From IMG/VR virus record IMGVR_UViG_3300037511_000197: DNA of 16,885 nucleotides. One strand, written 5' to 3'. Of the stretch, positions 12,255 to 16,885 are shown one piece after another; the stretch's first letter is position 1; each line of letters opens with the position of its first letter. Below the pieces are notes generated by a model, which worked only from the letters and a program-made list of their open reading frames with translations, was not told the DNA's origin and searched no databases. The translations under genes and the position numbers were made by a program. Origin of the DNA: a virus.

Positions 12255-14390
12255 GTGGGTAACTTCCATGACGTGTTCCCGCAGGTGTTCCTCGACGGTG
12301 TGAACTGGACCGACGTGCGGACCGAGGTCGACCAGGAAACAGCCGCCGTCACGACCGAGTCGGGCATGGCCGAAGAGGGCAAACTGAAGCCTTCCAAGAT
12401 CACGTGGACGTTCCTCGACCCGGGCGACAAGTGGCGGCCCAGCTCGCCGACGTCGCCGCTGTACGGCTCGTCGGGCCGGCGCATGCTCGCCGCGGTCGCC
12501 GCCGACGGCGGCCTGATGGCGGTCGGGGAGGCCTCCCGGTACAAGCCGGACAGCACCCTGGGGTTCGCCGCCGGCCCGCCGCAGCGCGGGCACCGCTGGG
12601 TGGACTTCGAGGCTGAGGGGATGCTGCGGCGGATCAACACGTGGACGTCCAACATCCGCTCGCCGCTGTATCGGCACATCACCGGGTACACGAACCTGCG
12701 CGGCTACTGGCCGCTCGAGGACGGCCGCAGCGCGACCCAGTCGACGAACGCGACCCGCGGCGGCCGCCCCGGCTACCTACAGGGGATCACGCTGGGCGTC
12801 GACGGCCCCCTGGGTGCCGAGAGCGCCGGGCAGGTCGCCTCGAGCGGCACCGCCCTGGCGTCGGGGTGGTTCAACACCATGAGCGCCACGGCCGGCTATC
12901 AGGTGCATTTCGTGGCCCGGCTCAAGCAGATCCCGGTGTCGGCCACCGCCGAGACCCTGTTCCGCTGGTCGACCTCGAGCGGGCTGGACATGCAATGGGA
13001 GGTCAGCAGCACGACGTACGGGCTGCGGGTGGTCGCGGCCGACGGTACGACGCTGCTCGCCTCCGGCACGACGTTCGGCACAGGGGCGTCACCGGACATC
13101 TTCATCCAATTCCGGTTCAAGTGCTACCAATCCGGCGCCAATGTCATCGTCGAGGCCGGATGGAACGCCCAGGGTGACGCCGCTCCGCTGTGGGGCAACA
13201 CGTTCACCATCACCAACGCGTCCGTCGGCCGCCCGGTGTGGTGGCGGGTGGTCAACAACCCCAACACCGTCGAGATGGTGTTCGGGCACGTGTTCGCCGT
13301 GACCGGAGTCAGCGACAACCTGCAGTCCAACGACATGCAACGCGCGTTCGACGGCTACGTCGGCGAGCGGGCGGCCGCCCGATTCCAACGGCTCTGCCGG
13401 CAGCACAACATCCCGTGGCAGCAGATCGGCAACACCAGCGACACGCAGCTGATGGGCCGGCAGCGCTCCGACACCCTGATCAACCTGCTCAAAGAGATCA
13501 TGGTGACGGACTCGTGCCTGATCTTCGACCGCACCGGTAACAGCGGGCTGCTCCTGCGCACCCGCCGCGCCCTGTACCAGCAAACTCCGAAGTTGGCCCT
13601 GGTGTACGGCACGCACATCGCCGACCCGCTGACCGAGGTGTTCGACGACCAGGGCGTCACGAACATCGTGACCGTCAAGCAGGTCAACGGCAGCGAGTAC
13701 ACGGCGTCGCTGGACACCGGCCCGATGTCCACCCAGCCGCCGCCCAACGGCGTGTCCGAGCAGCCGGCCAGCTACGACGTCAACGTCTACGACGAGCAAT
13801 CCCAGCTGCAGGACCTCACCGAGTGGTACCTCGCCAAGGGCACCGTCTCCGGCTCGCGCTGGCCGCAGGTAACCCTCGACCTCGACCGGCCGGGGCTGGA
13901 CGGGCCGACGTTCTGGACGCCCGCATCCGAGCTGATGGCCGGCGACCGGGTCACCATCAGCGGCCGCACCCCCGACCTGATCGACCTGCTCGTCATCGGC
14001 ATCCGGCACGTGATCAAGACGAACTACAGGCGCACGTGCATCCTGACGTGCATCCCGTACGACCCGTATCGGGTGGGCGTCTACAACAACGGCGCCGCCG
14101 GGCACCGCTACGCCGCCCTCGACACCGTGCTGACGACCAACCTCGCCGCCGGATCGGGCGGCACCTACTCCACCACCCACGGCACCCTGTACGTGTCCGG
14201 CACGAGCACGTGGGGGACGAACACCCCGTACGACGCCACCGTCGGCGGGGAGCGGGTCACCGTCAACAGCGTGTTCACCTCGGGCAGCGGGCAGGGGCTC
14301 AACGTCACCCGCAGCGTCAACGGCGTGGTCAAGACCCACGCGGCCGGTGAATCCGTCCAGCTGTTCGACGCCGTCCGGTACGGCCTGTAG
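12255..14390 (+). CDS. Minor tail protein, 711 aa (distal-tail/Dit-like N-terminus with probable LamG-like insertion and tip region)
   Basis: It sits directly after the tape measure gene. ITWTFLDPGDKWRPSSPTSPLYG is typical of actinophage distal tail proteins. The GYWPLEDG motif is LamG-like. Confidence 0.7.
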   Translation: MGNFHDVFPQVFLDGVNWTDVRTEVDQETAAVTTESGMAEEGKLKPSKITWTFLDPGDKWRPSSPTSPLYGSSGRRMLAAVAADGGLMAVGEASRYKPDSTLGFAAGPPQRGHRWVDFEAEGMLRRINTWTSNIRSPLYRHITGYTNLRGYWPLEDGRSATQSTNATRGGRPGYLQGITLGVDGPLGAESAGQVASSGTALASGWFNTMSATAGYQVHFVARLKQIPVSATAETLFRWSTSSGLDMQWEVSSTTYGLRVVAADGTTLLASGTTFGTGASPDIFIQFRFKCYQSGANVIVEAGWNAQGDAAPLWGNTFTITNASVGRPVWWRVVNNPNTVEMVFGHVFAVTGVSDNLQSNDMQRAFDGYVGERAAARFQRLCRQHNIPWQQIGNTSDTQLMGRQRSDTLINLLKEIMVTDSCLIFDRTGNSGLLLRTRRALYQQTPKLALVYGTHIADPLTEVFDDQGVTNIVTVKQVNGSEYTASLDTGPMSTQPPPNGVSEQPASYDVNVYDEQSQLQDLTEWYLAKGTVSGSRWPQVTLDLDRPGLDGPTFWTPASELMAGDRVTISGRTPDLIDLLVIGIRHVIKTNYRRTCILTCIPYDPYRVGVYNNGAAGHRYAALDTVLTTNLAAGSGGTYSTTHGTLYVSGTSTWGTNTPYDATVGGERVTVNSVFTSGSGQGLNVTRSVNGVVKTHAAGESVQLFDAVRYGL

Positions 14391-14402
14391 AGAGGCACCA
14401 CC

Positions 14403-14864
14403 ATGCCCAACGTCGGCGATTACGTCACCCCGTACCCAGCCGCGGTCAAGGACGAGAACCCGGACAACGGCACCGCCGTGACCGTGGCCACCACGACCGC
14501 CAACGGCACCACCGTCAACGGCGCCGCGTTCGTCGCGCCCCCGTCGGGCCGTGTCTGGGTGTGGTGCACAGTCGTGTTTCAGACCCTCGTGTCGGGCACC
14601 GGACAGATGTACTTCGGGCCGCAGGTCCGCTCCGGCAACTCCGTTGGCGCCGGCACCGTGGTCTGGGCACCGACCCAAGACCCGGGCGCGAAGATCGGCT
14701 CCAACGTCGCCCAGGTGATCGCCGGCACGGCCGGCACCATGGTCGACGGCCTCACCCCCGGCGCCACGTACAACGTCACCTCCGTCTGGTTCGGCGTAGG
14801 CCTGGGTGGTACACCTCAGCTGTCGTACTTCTCGCGGGCGTGCGGAGCACACCCGCTCGACTGA
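14403..14864 (+). CDS. Minor tail or receptor-binding candidate, 153 aa
   Basis: GAGAGG RBS. It is the last gene of the tail block and looks beta-rich with Gly/Thr/Val-rich composition. No family recognised. Confidence 0.55.
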   Translation: MPNVGDYVTPYPAAVKDENPDNGTAVTVATTTANGTTVNGAAFVAPPSGRVWVWCTVVFQTLVSGTGQMYFGPQVRSGNSVGAGTVVWAPTQDPGAKIGSNVAQVIAGTAGTMVDGLTPGATYNVTSVWFGVGLGGTPQLSYFSRACGAHPLD

Positions 14865-15031
14865 TGTGGAGGCACCCCGTGACCGAGCCGACCGAACCGC
14901 AGACCCCCGCCCCCGACCCGACCCCCCTGCCGCGCCCGACCGAGCCGGACGCCCCGGAGGGCGGCACCGACGACACCCGCCCGGGCCCCGGCACCCGCGG
15001 CCCGGGCAGCGGCAACCCCCGCTCCCGGTGA
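14864..15031 (+). CDS. Possible Pro-rich small protein, 55 aa
   Basis: The TGATG overlap with the upstream stop suggests coupling. Nearly all codons end in G/C. The low-complexity sequence PTEPQTPAPDPTPLPRPTEPDAPEGG means the coding call is tentative. Confidence 0.35.
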   Translation: MWRHPVTEPTEPQTPAPDPTPLPRPTEPDAPEGGTDDTRPGPGTRGPGSGNPRSR

Positions 15032-15123
15032 CCCCGGCCGCAGTTGCCAGAGTGCGCGCTGAGCAGCCGAAACGGTCACACCCCCGTGGGACAATGGGGG
15101 TCGATCGTAAGGGGAAATCGCCT

Positions 15124-15516
15124 GTGAAACAGCCGCTCAACGCACCGTTCTACGCCCTGGTCGCAACCGGCTTTTTCGTCGTCGCCGCGGTGCTGCTCGT
15201 GATCTTCGCCGACCCTGAGAACCAGGGCACCGCGATGATCCTGGGCATCATCGCCTCCACCCTGCCGTCCCTGGTCGCCGCGCTGTACTCCGAACGCACC
15301 GCGCGCGACGTCCGTAACGGGGTGGCACGCGAGCAGGCCAAGCAGGGCGCCGCGGAAGCCATCGAGGACGCCGGGGTGCTGACCCGTTCCGGGCCCGTGG
15401 TCACCACCGAGCTGCGAGCCCTGCAACGGCTGCTCGAGGCCAACACCGCGGCGACCACCATCAACACGGCCGCCCAGGACGTCGCATCCGAGCACTGGAA
15501 GGCCGACCAGCCGTGA
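15124..15516 (+). CDS. Holin-like membrane protein (two TM segments); alternative start ATG 15094
   Basis: AAGGGGA (15109..15115) lies 8 nt before GTG 15124. Hydrophobic segments are FYALVATGFFVVAAVLLVIF and AMILGIIASTLPSLVAAL, with a charged C-terminal tail. GTGA overlap with the endolysin gene. Confidence 0.65.
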   Translation: MKQPLNAPFYALVATGFFVVAAVLLVIFADPENQGTAMILGIIASTLPSLVAALYSERTARDVRNGVAREQAKQGAAEAIEDAGVLTRSGPVVTTELRALQRLLEANTAATTINTAAQDVASEHWKADQP

Positions 15517-16241
15517 GCGCGTGGAAGGTCATCCCGTGCCTGCTCGCCCTGCGCGAGGAGTTCGACCTCATCGCTCCGGACCGCGACCGGGGTTCGGACG
15601 GCACCATCGCCGACAGCAACCACACGAGCCGCTCCGACCACACCCCGGACGAGGACAGCGACTACCTGCGCGGCCGCGACAGCGACCGCGTCAACGAGGT
15701 CCACGCCCTCGACGTCGACACGTCCGGGCCGTGGCCGGTCCCGTTCCCCGTGCTGTTCGCCGAGATCATCGACCGTGAGCAGCGACGCTGGCACGACCCG
15801 AACGACCGATGCCGGCTCGAGTACGCGATCTTCAACCGGCTGATCTACGAACGCGACAACGACTTCAGGCCGGTCACGTACACCGGCACCAGCGACCCGC
15901 ACACCGGGCACGCCCACTTCAGCGCCCGGTACCTGACCGACACCGAGAACGACATCAGCCCATGGGGCGTACAGGAGGCTGTCGACGTGACACCCGAACA
16001 GGTAGAAACCGCGGTGCTCAAGGTGCTGCGCAGCACCGACGGGCAGGCCGCGATCCGCGAGGCCGCGGGCGACGGCGTGCTCGAACGCCCGTTCCCGGCG
16101 CCCGCGGGGGTGGAGGATGCGGACGGCAAGTGGTGGTACGGCAGCTTCGACCAGCAGGCGTACGCGCGGCTGCTCGAGCTCAAGAAGAGCGTCGACACGC
16201 TGCTCGAGCGGACCACACCGCCACCTCCGGCTGGGCAGTAG
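15513..16241 (+). CDS. Endolysin, LAS/peptidase M15-like metallopeptidase domain, 242 aa
   Basis: DGTIADSNHTSRSDHTPDEDSD ... VHALDVD ... DPHTGHAHFS fits an H-x(n)-D plus H-x-H zinc-ligand layout. It is coupled to the holin and is the last gene of the rightward arm. Confidence 0.65.
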   Translation: MSAWKVIPCLLALREEFDLIAPDRDRGSDGTIADSNHTSRSDHTPDEDSDYLRGRDSDRVNEVHALDVDTSGPWPVPFPVLFAEIIDREQRRWHDPNDRCRLEYAIFNRLIYERDNDFRPVTYTGTSDPHTGHAHFSARYLTDTENDISPWGVQEAVDVTPEQVETAVLKVLRSTDGQAAIREAAGDGVLERPFPAPAGVEDADGKWWYGSFDQQAYARLLELKKSVDTLLERTTPPPPAGQ

Positions 16242-16251
16242 GCTCGACGAC

Positions 16252-16283
16252 GAACGGCCCGGACCAGCTGGTCCGGGCCGTTC
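16252..16283. terminator. Bidirectional terminator hairpin between the convergent arms
   Basis: Perfect 32-nt palindrome GAACGGCCCGGACCAG|CTGGTCCGGGCCGTTC, 10 nt after the endolysin stop. Confidence 0.65.
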
Positions 16284-16396
16284 GCCATCAACGGGGGAAA
16301 TCCGATGACTAGCGGGCAGCGTACCGCCTGCCACGCTCCCGTAGGGGCCAAGCGCCCCGTACCCGCGGCCACCCGACCCGCGCCAGCACCCACGGC

Positions 16397-16423
16397 ACGT
16401 CCCGCGGCGGGACGTCCCGCGGC
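16397..16423. repeat. Tandem 12-mer ACGTCCCGCGGC x2 (15-nt period) forming overlapping palindromes
   Basis: The copies lie at 16397..16408 and 16412..16423. CGTCCCGC-G-GCGGGACG and GGGACGTCCC are self-complementary. It lies in the 3' untranslated stretch of the leftward operon. Confidence 0.6.
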
Positions 16424-16448
16424 CGCACGAGCCGCTCGAGCGCGGGCG

Positions 16449-16796
16449 TCACCGCAGGCACGGCGGGGGACCGCCCTGGGGGCACGGGACCGGGATGGTG
16501 CTGGGCGTGACCATCGGCCCGGACGCCCGGCCGGCGGCCGCGCCGACCACGATCACGAGCAGGACCACCAGCGCCGCCATCACGAGCAGAGCGCCGATCG
16601 CGACGAGCCCTGCCGAGACCCGGTACCGCTGCGGCTGGCGCACCTCATACGTGCAGCCGCACGCGCGTCCGGTGGCCACCCACCCGGCCATGCATCCCGT
16701 GTCGGTGTGCGTGCCCTCCCACGGCCAGTGGCCGCACCGCGGGCACCGCACCCGCTGCTCGTCGCCCGGCCCGTCCGCCGGGATGTGGCGCCTCAC
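16449..16796 (-). CDS. Membrane-anchored Cys-rich (zinc-ribbon-like) protein, 115 aa
   Basis: The GTG start overlaps the stop of the 154-aa gene across the circular junction. N-terminal CPRCGHW...GC...CGC, then the TM helix VSAGLVAIGALLVMAALVVLLVIVVGAAAG. Minus-strand third-position GC is about 95% versus about 75% for the antisense plus frame. Confidence 0.75.
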   Translation of the reverse strand: MRRHIPADGPGDEQRVRCPRCGHWPWEGTHTDTGCMAGWVATGRACGCTYEVRQPQRYRVSAGLVAIGALLVMAALVVLLVIVVGAAAGRASGPMVTPSTIPVPCPQGGPPPCLR

Positions 16797-16885
16797 CGCG
16801 CGGCGCCCGTCTCTCGAGCCGGGCCCTCGCCGAACGAGAGGCCCTGTACGTGTTCCGGTACGGGCTGCGACCCGTCCGCGGTGAG
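16759..16885. repeat. Terminal direct repeat, copy 2 (identical to 1..127)
   Basis: Same comparison as copy 1. It contains the 5' end of the minus-strand gene 16449..16796 and the 3' end of the gene annotated at 35..499. Confidence 0.95.

Larger units (their letters stand above)
1..16758. mobile_element. Complete circular(ised) genome of a miniature tailed phage (siphovirus-like, HK97-fold capsid), unique length 16,758 bp
   Basis: It carries a full packaging, head, tail and lysis gene set in canonical order. The window ends are identical 127-mers. A leftward operon reads across the junction. Confidence 0.85.

Noticed and set aside
16305-16885. Long open plus-strand frame starting at ATG 16305 and running to the window end
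   Set aside because: It is the exact antisense codon phase of the minus-strand gene 16449..16796. Minus-strand third positions are about 95% G/C against about 75% for the plus frame. The minus product has a clean TM helix. This is a typical high-GC shadow ORF.

Overview
This high-GC window (about 70% by eye) is a complete, very compact tailed-phage genome of the kind that infects Actinobacteria. The first 127 nt (1..127) are identical to the last 127 nt (16759..16885), so it reads as a circularly closed 16,758-bp element.

Gene layout:
- A 47-bp divergent control region (500..546) separates two arms.
- The short leftward arm has a 154-aa unknown protein, then, across the circular junction, a 115-aa membrane-anchored Cys-rich protein.
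- The long rightward arm starts with an Xis/MerR-like HTH protein and small Cys-containing proteins, followed by about 600 nt of ORF-poor, hairpin-dense DNA.
- It continues with a Cys/His-rich protein, an HNH endonuclease, a 276-aa unknown, TerS and TerL.
- Next is one 997-codon ORF that fuses portal, HK97-type prohead protease and major capsid protein.
- The tail and lysis genes follow: head-tail adaptor, neck or tail-terminator-like protein, major tail protein, tail assembly chaperone with a frameshift extension, HK97 gp10-like protein, a very short tape measure (328 aa), two minor tail proteins, a Pro-rich micro-ORF, holin and a LAS/M15-like endolysin.

I recognise no tRNA, rRNA, CRISPR array, integrase, replication gene or partition gene.

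Most notable observations:
- the triple portal-protease-capsid fusion with an internal SD+ATG;
- the roughly 600-nt structured non-coding block;
- mirror-image overlapping promoters for leaderless divergent genes;
- complete absence of CTGGAG/CTCCAG, achieved through synonymous codon choice, which also inflates CTCGAG and CTGCAG;
- a +1/-2 (not -1) chaperone frameshift.

All functional calls rest on motif recognition by eye. No database search was possible.
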